Source: Candidatus Iainarchaeum sp. (GTDB lineage: Archaea; Iainarchaeota; Iainarchaeia; Iainarchaeales; JAZDFD01). From it: a DNA stretch of 64,000 bases. A program made the translations under genes and the position numbers. The notes below the pieces were generated by a model that saw only the letters and a list, made by a program, of their open reading frames with translations, made no database searches and was not told the origin of the DNA. Of this stretch, positions 9,570-19,164 are shown one piece after another (position 1 is the first letter of the stretch; each line of letters begins with the position of its first letter). The stretch lies in contig JAZDFD010000024.1 of NCBI GenBank assembly GCA_043808155.1, positions 10,017 through 74,016 of the forward strand, given 5' to 3'.

Positions 9570-10783
9570 CTAATAAAAATATTACCACGGGATTGAACAA
9601 AATGAAATCCCGTACATATACCGGCACGCCCGATCGGAAGCGGGCAAATATAGACATACTGGATGGTAATGGCGTAACTGCACAGGCAGTTTTACTTTCA
9701 CGCGTTCAGAGTATTCCAATTTTTCCGATTACTCCGCAGACTGAATTTATAAAAACAATGGCACAGCTCAAGGAAAAAGGAATTTACAAAGGAGAAATGA
9801 ATGTTTTAGAATCAGAGCATTCAGTTTTGAGTGCAGCAATTGCTTCGCAAATGACAGGTGCAAGAACTTTTACATTTTCAGGTTCACAGGGGCTTATGTT
9901 GATGCATGAAATGCTTTACGTTGCGTCAGGAACAAGAACACCCATGGTAATGGTTAACGGAAGCAGAGCTTTGAGTGCGCCAATTACACTATGGCCAGAT
10001 CATAATGATTTCTTTGACCAGCGTGATACTGGTTGGTTAATGCTTGCAACGGAATCAAATCAGGAACTTTTAGATTCGATAATAATTGCTTACAAAGTTG
10101 CAGAAAATCAAAAAGTAATGATTCCATTCATGGTGAACATGGATGGGTTTATACAATCAACAACAAGAACTGAAGTTGAGATTCCTGAACAGAATAAAAT
10201 TGACAAATTCCTACCGAAGTTAAAACAGCAGGTGAAATTAGATGTCACTAAACCAATGACACTTGGTTTAGGTGCAATGGAAGATTACATGTTTTTCAGA
10301 AGCCAGCTTCACAAAGTAAATTTAGATGCTAAAAAAGTAATTATGGATGCGCATAAAGATTTTGCAAAAATCACAGGACGCAAGTATGATGTGATTGACA
10401 CATATAAACTGAAAGATGCAAAAGTTGCAATTGTTATTATGGGTGCGGATTCCACAATTGCAAAAGCAACAGTTGATGTATTGCGCAAGAAAGGAAAAAA
10501 AGTGGGACTTCTTAGAATGAGATTAGTGCGCCCCTTCCCAGAAAAAGAAATCAGAAATGCACTGAAACATGTGAAACATATTGGTGTTTGTGATCAGAAC
10601 ATAGCTCCTGGAATGTCAGGAATAATGTTTAATGAAATAAGATCTGCTCTTTATGGCGAGAAACCACTTGTATCAAATTACATTTTTGGATTAGGCGGAA
10701 AATTCATTTCAAAAGAAGATTTTGGAAAGGTGTTTAATGAATTACTTACAAATAAAAAAGAAAAACGAGCGTGGATAATGTGA
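9566..10783 (+). CDS. porA: pyruvate/2-oxoacid:ferredoxin oxidoreductase alpha subunit
   Basis: FPITPQT, ESEHS, GARTFT..SQGLMLMHE, RPFP, GLGG. Confidence 0.93.
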   Translation: MTNKNITTGLNKMKSRTYTGTPDRKRANIDILDGNGVTAQAVLLSRVQSIPIFPITPQTEFIKTMAQLKEKGIYKGEMNVLESEHSVLSAAIASQMTGARTFTFSGSQGLMLMHEMLYVASGTRTPMVMVNGSRALSAPITLWPDHNDFFDQRDTGWLMLATESNQELLDSIIIAYKVAENQKVMIPFMVNMDGFIQSTTRTEVEIPEQNKIDKFLPKLKQQVKLDVTKPMTLGLGAMEDYMFFRSQLHKVNLDAKKVIMDAHKDFAKITGRKYDVIDTYKLKDAKVAIVIMGADSTIAKATVDVLRKKGKKVGLLRMRLVRPFPEKEIRNALKHVKHIGVCDQNIAPGMSGIMFNEIRSALYGEKPLVSNYIFGLGGKFISKEDFGKVFNELLTNKKEKRAWIM

Positions 10784-11682
10784 ATGAAAATGAAATCAAA
10801 GTAATTAAGGATGTTCCGAAAGAAGAATTAATTACTGGCGGTACTTTTGCCTGTGGTGGCTGCGGTGCAGTAACAGGAATTAAATTCACACTGAAGGCTC
10901 TGGGAAAAAACACAATAATGGTAAATAGTTCAGGATGCATGACTCTAACTGCGCTGTATCCATTCACACCTTACAAAGTTCCATGGGTTCACTTGGCAAT
11001 TGAAAACGCAGGGAGTGTTGCAACAGGAATTTTAATGGGTTTGAAAGCGCAGGGAAAAGACAAAGATACAAATGTTGTTGTTTACGCTGGAGATGGTGCA
11101 ACTTATGATATTGGATTCCAGTCATTAAGCGGAGCTGCAGACAGAAAAGAAAATTTCATTTATGTTTGTTACAATAATAGTTTCTATTCAAACACAGGTT
11201 TCCAGAGAACTGGTGCAACACCTTTACTGAGTGAAACTACTTCAACACCTCTCCCCAATATACTTCCAAGAAAACACATGGCAAAAATAATGGTTGACCA
11301 TGAATGTGAGTATGTTGCAACTGCATGTACTTCATACCCACTTGATTATATGAATAAGCTCAGGGAGGCATCAAAATACAAAGGAGTAAAATTTATTGAT
11401 TTGTTATGCCCTTGTGTCCCTGGCTGGGAATTGAAACCAGGGATGAGTTATGAAGCAGGAAAAATGATGGTTGATACTGGTTTGTGGCCAGTGTACAAAG
11501 TTGTGAAAGGACAATTTGAAGTTACTATAAAACCAAAAATGCTTCCAGTAAGACAGGCATTTGAAATGCAGGGTCGGTTTGGGCATTTGAAAGACGAACA
11601 TTTCAAACGCATCCAGGATCAAGTTGACAAAGAATGGGCACACTTTGAGAAAGGGGAATACTACAAAGCCTGCGAATATTAG
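10771..11682 (+). CDS. porB: pyruvate/2-oxoacid:ferredoxin oxidoreductase beta subunit
   Basis: ACGGCG, TPP-binding GDGATYDIGFQSLSG, NTGFQRTGATP, CPCVPGW. Confidence 0.93.
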   Translation: MDNVNENEIKVIKDVPKEELITGGTFACGGCGAVTGIKFTLKALGKNTIMVNSSGCMTLTALYPFTPYKVPWVHLAIENAGSVATGILMGLKAQGKDKDTNVVVYAGDGATYDIGFQSLSGAADRKENFIYVCYNNSFYSNTGFQRTGATPLLSETTSTPLPNILPRKHMAKIMVDHECEYVATACTSYPLDYMNKLREASKYKGVKFIDLLCPCVPGWELKPGMSYEAGKMMVDTGLWPVYKVVKGQFEVTIKPKMLPVRQAFEMQGRFGHLKDEHFKRIQDQVDKEWAHFEKGEYYKACEY

Positions 11683-12005
11683 TGATTAATATGGGTTTAG
11701 TTATTGGTTATGTGACTTGCAAGAATTCACAGGAAGCAGAAGGGATTGCAAAATATTTGTTGGAAAAAAAATTAATTGCATGCGCAAATATGGTGGATAA
11801 AATTGAGTCAATTTACAGATGGGAAGGTAAAATTGTTAATGAAAGTGAAGCATTACTTTTATTAAAAACCGAAAGCACTAAAATAAACAAAGTGAAAAAA
11901 GAAATTGAGAAAATTCACTCAAATAAAATTCCATGCATTGAATTCATTAAAGTTTCAGATGTTAATAAAAATTATGAAAAATGGGTTACTGGGGAATTGA
12001 AATGA
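11682..12005 (+). CDS. cutA: divalent-cation tolerance protein CutA
   Basis: LIACAN...SIYRWEGKI..ESE.LLLLKT...H...PCI. Confidence 0.92.
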   Translation: MINMGLVIGYVTCKNSQEAEGIAKYLLEKKLIACANMVDKIESIYRWEGKIVNESEALLLLKTESTKINKVKKEIEKIHSNKIPCIEFIKVSDVNKNYEKWVTGELK

Positions 12006-13387
12006 GAAAATACAGCAGAGAACTTGATTGTTTTTTCTATCCCGAACATATTGCAATTATTGGTGCAAGTTCGGAAGAAAGAAGCATAGGAAAACAGCTG
12101 TTCACTAATTTTATGGGAACTAAACTCAGCAAGAAAACGTATCCTGTAAACCCTTTTCACAAAAATGTTCTTGGAAAGAAAGCATATGTTTCTGTCAAAG
12201 ACATTCCTTATGATATTGATCTTGCAATAATTGCAATTCCTGCAAAACATGTCCCGAATGCATTACAGGACTGTTCAGACAAGGGAGTTAAGGGCGTGAT
12301 AATTATAAGTTCAGGTTTTAAGGAAGCCGGAAATGAGGATTTAACTGAAAAAATGAAAAAAATAATCCGGGAAAATAAAACAATGCGTGTTGTAGGTCCA
12401 AATTGTTTTGGAGTATTAATGCCTGAAATAGGACTTAACACTACTTTTTCAGTTAAGGAAAAGTCACATCTTCCAAAACACGGAAATCTTTCATTTTTCA
12501 GTCAGTCAGGTGCATTGGGTGTTGCAATACTTGACTGGGCATCTACTCAAAATTTTGGAATTCACAAATTCATGTCATATGGCAATGCAATAGATGTTGA
12601 TGAAACAGACATCTTGGATCATATGGGACATGATAAAGGTTCGAAAGTTGTTACTGCATATATCGAAGAAGTCAAACGCGGACGGAAGTTTATGGAGACT
12701 GCTAAAAAAGTCTCAAAAAGAAAACCTTTCGTGGTATTAAAAGGCGGGTCTCAGAAAGCTACACATCATGCAATTTCATCACATACAGGGAGCCTGGCAG
12801 GTGACATGAAAGTTTATGAAGCTGTGTTTAAGCAGACTGGAATTGTGCATGCAAAAAATATGAGAGAATTATTTTCTTTTGCAAAAATTCTTGAAAATGA
12901 ACCAATTGCAAATGGTAACAGAACTGCAATAATAACAAACGGTGGAGGCTATGGAATTGTTACTGCAGATGAATTTACAAAAAATAATTTAACACTTGCG
13001 AAATTAAGCTCAGGAAGCATTAAAAAATTAAAACAAATTTTGCCGCCTGCTGCAGGATTTGGAAATCCAATTGATATGCTTGGTGGTGCAGGTGAAAAAG
13101 AATATGCATTTGCAACAAAAACTGCACTTAATGACAAAAACGTTGACATGATTGCAGTGCTTGTTTTGTTCAATACACCGACTGTTGATCAGAAAACTGT
13201 AAAAGAACTTATTAAAATAAAAAAGACTGCAAAAAAACCTCTTGTTGTGCTTACATTTGGAAGCGGTTACACACAGCACAGAAAAGATGAATTTGAAAAA
13301 GGCAGGATAATTACATATGATTACCCTGATATTGCTGCACGGAGTTTAGAAGCACTTGCAAAATACTCTGCTTTTGTAAAAAGATAA
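12002..13387 (+). CDS. acdA: acetate-CoA ligase (ADP-forming) alpha subunit
   Basis: AIIGAS, IISSGFKE, VVGPNCFG, SQSGALG, SHTGSLAG phospho-His, TNGGG, NPIDMLG; ATGA overlap with cutA stop. Confidence 0.92.
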   Translation: MRKYSRELDCFFYPEHIAIIGASSEERSIGKQLFTNFMGTKLSKKTYPVNPFHKNVLGKKAYVSVKDIPYDIDLAIIAIPAKHVPNALQDCSDKGVKGVIIISSGFKEAGNEDLTEKMKKIIRENKTMRVVGPNCFGVLMPEIGLNTTFSVKEKSHLPKHGNLSFFSQSGALGVAILDWASTQNFGIHKFMSYGNAIDVDETDILDHMGHDKGSKVVTAYIEEVKRGRKFMETAKKVSKRKPFVVLKGGSQKATHHAISSHTGSLAGDMKVYEAVFKQTGIVHAKNMRELFSFAKILENEPIANGNRTAIITNGGGYGIVTADEFTKNNLTLAKLSSGSIKKLKQILPPAAGFGNPIDMLGGAGEKEYAFATKTALNDKNVDMIAVLVLFNTPTVDQKTVKELIKIKKTAKKPLVVLTFGSGYTQHRKDEFEKGRIITYDYPDIAARSLEALAKYSAFVKR

Positions 13388-14617
13388 TTACTTTTTAGTT
13401 TTGGAAAACATTTCAATAACTTTTTCATTTTCCCCTGCTTCCAGAAGTTCGAAAATTCGTTCATAATCTAATTCATTTCCAAAGTCAGTCTGGGAAAGAT
13501 TCTTTCCCAGCAGTTCAAGTCCCAGTACGGAAATTGATTTCTTTGATTTCTGCAGTTCTCTTAATTCTGCCATGCTTTTTTTGAATGACATTGTTGAAAA
13601 ATCAGTGGATATTGAAAGGATTGCTTTGTCTTTAAATTTTTCTTTTATTTCTGTTATTTTAATGTCTGATGGCGCATAGCCTTTCGCGAGTTTTCCCTTA
13701 ATCTTTACACGTATCAGTGGTTTCATTGAATCATTATTTGAAAGAAACTCAGAAATCTTAGTTTCAAAAATTTCATTTGCCTGTTCAGGAGTTGCGTTAT
13801 CTAATTTTTCAGAATAATAGTAAAGTTTTCTTTGATTTGGGAGAGACATGAACTCTTTGCTCATCATTTGCGTGTCAATCACATAAATTCCTTTTGGTTT
13901 TTCAGACTCCAGGTTTTTCATCTGAGTTGTGATTGTGGAACCTGGCATTAAGAATTCAATTCCATGCTCTGAAATTTCAGAAGTCCAGTGAAGATGGCCA
14001 TTGATTATTAAATCAAAATTTTTTGGGAGATTTTCAATTCCAATGGTTGCAATCATTTCATCTTCAAATGGCAGGAATTCCTTTATTGATTGGTGAAGCA
14101 TCAGAATATTCTTCGCATCCTTTACTGGTTGCGGATTCCATATTTTTAAGGCATTTAAAGCCATTTTTTCAGGAACTCCGCCTAATCCATGAATTGCCAC
14201 TTTTTCAGAATTCTTTTCGAGAACAATGTATTCTGCATGAAGATGGATTATGAAACCTGCACTTTCCAAAACATCTAATGCATTACAAAAATCTTTTGAC
14301 CTGTATTCATGGGTTCCGTGGATTGCAATTAGTGGAATATGATTCAGAGTAATTTCTTTTGTTTCTGAATTTTTTGTTCTTTTTAGAATGAATGTGCCCT
14401 GCGAGTTTTTAATTTCTGAAAGAATTTTAAAAGTTTTTTCCCATGTTTCCTGATCAGGAATTTGAGTATCAAAAAAATCACCAGCGTGAATTATTAAATC
14501 TGGTTTTTGTGAGAGTGCCAAGCTCAATGCATTTTTTGTATTTTCAAAACTTTCTTCAAATCGTTCTGTTCCTTTGCCAAAACCTAAGTGCGTGTCTGTG
14601 AAAACTGCAATTTTCAT
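13388..14617 (-). CDS. mre11: Mre11 DNA repair nuclease
   Basis: Metallophosphoesterase motifs DTHLG, AGDFFD, IHGTHE, LHQ, NGHLH, PGS. Confidence 0.88.
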   Translation of the reverse strand: MKIAVFTDTHLGFGKGTERFEESFENTKNALSLALSQKPDLIIHAGDFFDTQIPDQETWEKTFKILSEIKNSQGTFILKRTKNSETKEITLNHIPLIAIHGTHEYRSKDFCNALDVLESAGFIIHLHAEYIVLEKNSEKVAIHGLGGVPEKMALNALKIWNPQPVKDAKNILMLHQSIKEFLPFEDEMIATIGIENLPKNFDLIINGHLHWTSEISEHGIEFLMPGSTITTQMKNLESEKPKGIYVIDTQMMSKEFMSLPNQRKLYYYSEKLDNATPEQANEIFETKISEFLSNNDSMKPLIRVKIKGKLAKGYAPSDIKITEIKEKFKDKAILSISTDFSTMSFKKSMAELRELQKSKKSISVLGLELLGKNLSQTDFGNELDYERIFELLEAGENEKVIEMFSKTKK

Positions 14618-15529
14618 TTATATCACATCAATCATTTTGTAAAGCTCATTTAACATTTCAGTAGGATATAAAAGCAAGGGTCTGAAAACCAAAATTTGTA
14701 ATTTTTCATCAGCTTTGCGATATGCTTCAAAACTTTTGTCATCAAGAGATGTGTCTGCAATAACAAATGCTTCAATATTTTTTGATTCAATAAGATTTCG
14801 CGAGTGCGATAATTCAGTGATTGTGAATTTACGCCCTGCATTCCATTTTACTAAAGGTTCAATATGGGAAACTATTTTTTCTGTTTCAATTTCAACTACT
14901 GGGAAAATGTTACAGCCACGTTTTATCATTATTAATGCTGCTGCAAGTTCTTCTTTTCTACCTGTGAAAAACATTGCAACATTTCCCTGTGAACCTAATG
15001 GGAGACCCCCGAAACATTTTGTTTCTTCAAAATAAATATAGAAATTGCCTTTTCTGACTTCAGCCAACACTTTCTTATCGGGATTATTGAGATTTACTAT
15101 GAGATTTAATTCTGAGAATTTTTCATTTATTTTTGAACCCAATAAAATTTCCAAATCTTTTGATTTGTGTTCTTTTTCAAGTGATTTTACGCGGACAGCA
15201 AAACTGTCATTTTCCTCAAATAAATCCTCAACTGCATCTAAAACTTTCTCTGTGAAATGTTTTTGATTAGTGAATTTGTGCTGTTCTGCTTCTGCAAATG
15301 AGTGAATGCCGACAGTTGTTTTCAGGATTTTTTCAGCTTTTTTGAAATCATCTGTGTAAAGATACATTCTTCCGCCTGCTGAGATTATTTTTTTCACAAC
15401 TGCATTTTCACGCTTCATTGGGAATTTTATGCTGTCTCTGAGCTTGTGCATGAAATAGCTTCTCACAAAACTGGTTTTGAGTGAGATTTCTGGTGCTGTC
15501 TTTATTATGATACAATTTGGACTGAACAT
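14618..15529 (-). CDS. THUMP-domain ThiI-like protein with degenerate PP-loop
   Basis: EISLK, SFAVRVK, VNLNNPD, GGLPLGSQG; SGGxDS replaced by FTGRKEE. Confidence 0.8.
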   Translation of the reverse strand: MFSPNCIIIKTAPEISLKTSFVRSYFMHKLRDSIKFPMKRENAVVKKIISAGGRMYLYTDDFKKAEKILKTTVGIHSFAEAEQHKFTNQKHFTEKVLDAVEDLFEENDSFAVRVKSLEKEHKSKDLEILLGSKINEKFSELNLIVNLNNPDKKVLAEVRKGNFYIYFEETKCFGGLPLGSQGNVAMFFTGRKEELAAALIMIKRGCNIFPVVEIETEKIVSHIEPLVKWNAGRKFTITELSHSRNLIESKNIEAFVIADTSLDDKSFEAYRKADEKLQILVFRPLLLYPTEMLNELYKMIDVI

Positions 15530-15613
15530 ATGGAACTAGTTGAGTAAAAACATTTTAAAGGTCAAAGCATGGGGGTTTAAAACATTTTACTGAAATAAAA
15601 TAGTTTATGCACA

Positions 15614-15656
15614 GGCTGTACCGAAGGCAAGTCCAACTGAAAGTTGGACTACAGCT
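15614..15656 (+). other. structured element directly upstream of tRNA-Cys
   Basis: GGCTGTA/TACAGCT outer stem enclosing CCGAAGG and the perfect hairpin GTCCAACT-GAA-AGTTGGAC. Confidence 0.5.
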
Positions 15657-15671
15657 CAAGGATGTGGCCTT

Positions 15672-15742
15672 GCTGGACTGGCAGATAGGCTATGCACCCG
15701 CCTGCAGAGCGGGAGAGAGGGGTTCGATTCCCCTGTCCAGCT
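15672..15742 (+). tRNA. tRNA-Cys (GCA)
   Basis: Acceptor GCTGGAC/GTCCAGC, anticodon arm CCCGC-CTGCAGA-GCGGG, T-arm AGGGG-TTCGATT-CCCCT, U73 discriminator, no encoded CCA. Confidence 0.96.
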
Positions 15743-15847
15743 TTTAATTTGTATCGTGGCTATAAGCTTTAAAAAACCTTGTAGAGCCAATTATTAGAGC
15801 TATTTTTCCTGTAAAATGGAGTAAATGTAGCAAATGAGATATTACCA

Positions 15848-15898
15848 CAGTATCGAAGATACTGCATATATTTCGGAGCACCCGTACGAAATCGGGTG
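15848..15898 (+). promoter_or_regulatory. two-hairpin 5' leader of rpl10e
   Basis: CAGTATC-GAA-GATACTG and CACCCG-N8-CGGGTG; the second overlaps the G-rich SD-like region. Confidence 0.45.
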
Positions 15899-15907
15899 GT
15901 GATGGAT

Positions 15908-16690
15908 ATGGGTCTTAGACCAGGACATTGTTATAGTGACAAAAAGCAAGACAGAGCCTATACAAGGTTAGCTGTCAAAGTGCACAGAAGAAATTATATT
16001 GGTGCAGCACCTGGGTTAAAAACAAGACAATTTAACATGGGCAACGGTGCAAAAAAATATTCACACATTGTTGATTTGGTTGTGGATGAAAGTGTAAATG
16101 TAAGAGACAACGCAATTGAAGCTGTCAGAATTATGGTTACAAGATACATCACAAAACATTTAGGAAAAGAGAATTTTTTTATGAGGGTGAGAATTTATCC
16201 TCATCACATTTTAAGAGAAAACAAACAGGCAAAGGGAGCACACGCAGACAGAATTCAGCAAGGAATGTCACACGCATTTGGAAAACCAATTGGAAGAGCT
16301 GCGAGGGTGAGACCAAACCAAAAAATAGTTTCTATTTTAGTTGAAGAACAAAACGTTAATGTTGCAAAGAACGCATTTAAAAGAGTTTTCAGCAAATTGC
16401 CCTGTTCAGCACATGTGAGAGTTGGAACAGACGTTGAATCAATCGGAACTTTACCCAAGAAGAAAATCAGGGAACCAACAAAAACAAAGGGCACAGGCGG
16501 AGTTGCAGAAGCCACAGGTGAAAAGGCAGAAGAAGGAAAAGACGTCAAAAAGAAAGGTGCTAAAGGAAAGGATACAAAAGCTGAAACCCCAAAAGATGCT
16601 AAAGGTAAAGATGCAAAAGCTGACGGAAAGAAAGATGCTAAAGGAAAAGACGCAAAAACAGACGGAAAGAAAGACGCTAAAAAGAAATGA
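15908..16690 (+). CDS. rpl10e: 50S ribosomal protein L10e (uL16) with Lys-rich repeat tail
   Basis: MGLRPGHCY, RIYPHHILRENK, ADRIQQGMSHAFGKPIGRAAR. Confidence 0.96.
   Translation: MGLRPGHCYSDKKQDRAYTRLAVKVHRRNYIGAAPGLKTRQFNMGNGAKKYSHIVDLVVDESVNVRDNAIEAVRIMVTRYITKHLGKENFFMRVRIYPHHILRENKQAKGAHADRIQQGMSHAFGKPIGRAARVRPNQKIVSILVEEQNVNVAKNAFKRVFSKLPCSAHVRVGTDVESIGTLPKKKIREPTKTKGTGGVAEATGEKAEEGKDVKKKGAKGKDTKAETPKDAKGKDAKADGKKDAKGKDAKTDGKKDAKKK
16592..16681 (+). repeat. 39-bp tandem repeat (about 2.3 copies) encoding KDAKGKDAKxDGK
   Basis: aaagatgctaaagg.aaaga.gcaaaa.c.gacggaaag at 16592 and 16631, partial copy at 16670. Confidence 0.8.
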
Positions 16691-16741
16691 AATTTCTAAT
16701 TCTGAATAAATTTATATTACATAGTGCCTTTACTATTAGCA

Positions 16742-17206
16742 ATGACTTATAAGAAATTTGAAAATACCCTTGGGAATGAAGGGCAGGGTGCATTAGAATA
16801 TTTAATGACTCATGCATGGGCAATGGTCGCACTTGCAGTTGTTATTGGCGTGATTATTTTTGTTTTTGGTAATATTTCAGGAAGTACATCTTGTACATCA
16901 GATGATACAAAAATAATTTACTATGATCATGCAGTTTCTGAAACTGGTGAATTGACACTTATTTTGCAGAATGCAACAGGCCGTTCAATTAATGAAGCAA
17001 GCACTGTTTTTTCAGGAGATTTTGCAGGTATTGGGTCAGTATCAACTATTCCAGTACCTGAAGGCGAACTTTTTACAATTTCAGGCAATACTGATTTAGG
17101 AGACATCAGAGAATACAAAGGAAGAATTGAATTATCATATAAAACTACAACAGGAATTCAGCACACTGTTAAGATTACCTGCTCCGGGGTAAAAGCTAGT
17201 TCTTAG
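16742..17206 (+). CDS. archaeal type IV pilin-like protein (class III signal peptide)
   Basis: G-QGALEYLM followed by hydrophobic helix; Cys pair in globular domain. Confidence 0.8.
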   Translation: MTYKKFENTLGNEGQGALEYLMTHAWAMVALAVVIGVIIFVFGNISGSTSCTSDDTKIIYYDHAVSETGELTLILQNATGRSINEASTVFSGDFAGIGSVSTIPVPEGELFTISGNTDLGDIREYKGRIELSYKTTTGIQHTVKITCSGVKASS

Positions 17207-17267
17207 AATTAATTTTCAATCATGTTTATTAGATTCATTTTTATTGCTTTGGGAGTGCGTTTAATTT

Positions 17268-18257
17268 ATGCTTGAAATTAATTTGAAAGATGTTGTTAGT
17301 GAAATTAAAAAACACAAAGCCAAAATTATAGCAATACAAATACCTGAAGGTTTGAAAACCAAGGCATTAGAAATTTCTTCTGAAATTGAAAAAAAAGCAA
17401 AAGTTCAGACAATTATTTTCACAGACCCATGTTTTGGTGCGTGTGATTTGGCTGATGTGAAATCAAAAATTGTTGGTGCGGATTTGTTAGTTCATTTCGG
17501 GCATACAAAATTCTACAATCCAAAAATTGACACGATTTTTGTTCCATTAAAAGTGAAATTAAAGAAAAAGGATTTAGAAAAAGTAATTTCAAAATTAGCG
17601 GATGCGCTTTTAAATGAAAATGCAAAAAAAGTTGCACTGTGCGGAACAATTCAGTATGCAGAATATTTTGATTTTTTGAAGAAAGAACTTAAGAAATCAA
17701 ATATTGAAGTTTTTATTGGAAAAGGAAACATAACAGAACATGGTCAGGTACTTGGGTGTAATTATAGTGCTGTTAAAAACGTTGAAAATAAAGCTGACAC
17801 TATAGTTTATTTTGGAGATGGTATGTTCCATCCTTTAGGGGTTTGGTTTGCAGTAGATAAAAATGTAATTATTGTTGATCCGATTGAAAATAAAGTGAAA
17901 ATTCTTGAAAATGAAAGAGATTCTTTTTTAAGAAAAAGATTTGCGCAGATTGAAATTGCTAAAAAAGCAAAAACTTTCGGAATTCTTGTTACTACAAAAA
18001 CAGGGCAAATGAAAAGCAAAAAGGCATTTGAATTAAAGAAATTAATTGAGAGTAAAGGGAAGAAATCATTTATTTTGGTTTCTGATTTGATTAAACCAGA
18101 ATATCTGCTGGGAATGAAAATTGATGCGCTTGTTAATACTGCCTGTCCGCGTATTGGTGTTGATGATTTTTCATATTTTAAAATTCCGATTTTAAATCCA
18201 AAAGAACTTGAAATTACACTCGGCAAAAGAAAATGGGAAAATTATGAACTGGAGTGA
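17268..18257 (+). CDS. dph2: diphthamide biosynthesis protein Dph2
   Basis: QIPEGLK, PCFGACD, HFGH, GQVLGC, GDGMFH, TACPRI (three FeS Cys). Confidence 0.95.
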   Translation: MLEINLKDVVSEIKKHKAKIIAIQIPEGLKTKALEISSEIEKKAKVQTIIFTDPCFGACDLADVKSKIVGADLLVHFGHTKFYNPKIDTIFVPLKVKLKKKDLEKVISKLADALLNENAKKVALCGTIQYAEYFDFLKKELKKSNIEVFIGKGNITEHGQVLGCNYSAVKNVENKADTIVYFGDGMFHPLGVWFAVDKNVIIVDPIENKVKILENERDSFLRKRFAQIEIAKKAKTFGILVTTKTGQMKSKKAFELKKLIESKGKKSFILVSDLIKPEYLLGMKIDALVNTACPRIGVDDFSYFKIPILNPKELEITLGKRKWENYELE

Positions 18258-19055
18258 TTATTCATAATCATTACTTTCTGAACTTACAACTGTCCCAATG
18301 AATGAGTTTCCGCGGACTGAATTTTCAAAATTATCTAAGTTGTTTCCGTTAAGGAAAAGTGCTTTAATGCTGGAGCGGCGGAGAATGTTACATGCGGGAA
18401 GGTCAATTACTAAATTCTGACCTGGTTTGGATTCTGCTGAGGCAACCAGTTTCATAAGTTGGTCATAACCTAATTCAGAATACATTTTTGCACGCTTGTT
18501 TTTTGACGGGTCTGAGGAGTAAATGCCGTCTACATTTGACAGGTTTATGAATTTCCCATTGAGAGATTCTGCAAGCAAGGCAGCAACAAAATCCGTGGTT
18601 GCACCAGGGAGAAGACCTCCATAAACAGGAATCTGGCCTGCGTCAATTAATTCTTTTGCTGAACCAATGTGAGTTAAAACTTCAGGATATGCTTTTTCTA
18701 AACCTGCAATCAAAAGAGTTGCATTAACGCGTGTGATTTTTATAGCTAATTCATCCATAAAAAAATTATTAGTTCCAAGCTCTTTTGCAGCTGTTAAATA
18801 GTCTCTGCAAATTGCCCCGCCGCCAACTACTAATGCAAATTTGTATCCTTCACTATGCAGTCTTGAAATTGAATCTGCAATTGCGGAAACTTTTTCAGAT
18901 GATACACCTTCACCTAAAAGAACTGAACCTCCGATTGACACAACGAAAATATCACCATACGAAGAAGAGGAATATGAATTAGAAGATGACGAATATGAAG
19001 AATTTGAAGATACACTTTCGGATTCTTCATGATTTCCGAACAAATTTTCAAACAT
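18258..19055 (-). CDS. pyrH: uridylate kinase with Ser-rich N-terminal extension
   Basis: VSIGGS, VVGGG, PGATTDFVAA, NVDGIYSSDP. Confidence 0.93.
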   Translation of the reverse strand: MFENLFGNHEESESVSSNSSYSSSSNSYSSSSYGDIFVVSIGGSVLLGEGVSSEKVSAIADSISRLHSEGYKFALVVGGGAICRDYLTAAKELGTNNFFMDELAIKITRVNATLLIAGLEKAYPEVLTHIGSAKELIDAGQIPVYGGLLPGATTDFVAALLAESLNGKFINLSNVDGIYSSDPSKNKRAKMYSELGYDQLMKLVASAESKPGQNLVIDLPACNILRRSSIKALFLNGNNLDNFENSVRGNSFIGTVVSSESNDYE

Positions 19056-19164
19056 GATAAAACCCCTTCTACGTGCCCGTTTCTAAGCACTTAACTGGGA
19101 AATATTTAATAGCTTATGGCAATACATCTTAATATTACTATTGTTTAATTTGAACGTGATTTAA

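Noticed and set aside
8703-13387. POR-cutA-acdA operon as a novel system
   Set aside because: It is a standard archaeal pyruvate-to-acetate fermentation module; the ACD beta subunit may simply be encoded elsewhere.
13388-14617. Mre11 without adjacent rad50/herA/nurA
   Set aside because: Partners may be elsewhere in the genome; this cannot be judged from the window.
15614-15660. Resemblance to glycine or c-di-GMP riboswitch, SRP helix 8 or H/ACA RNA (CCGAAGG, GGCAA..GAAA, ACA)
   Set aside because: Only short word matches; the other required conserved segments are missing, so no family was assigned.
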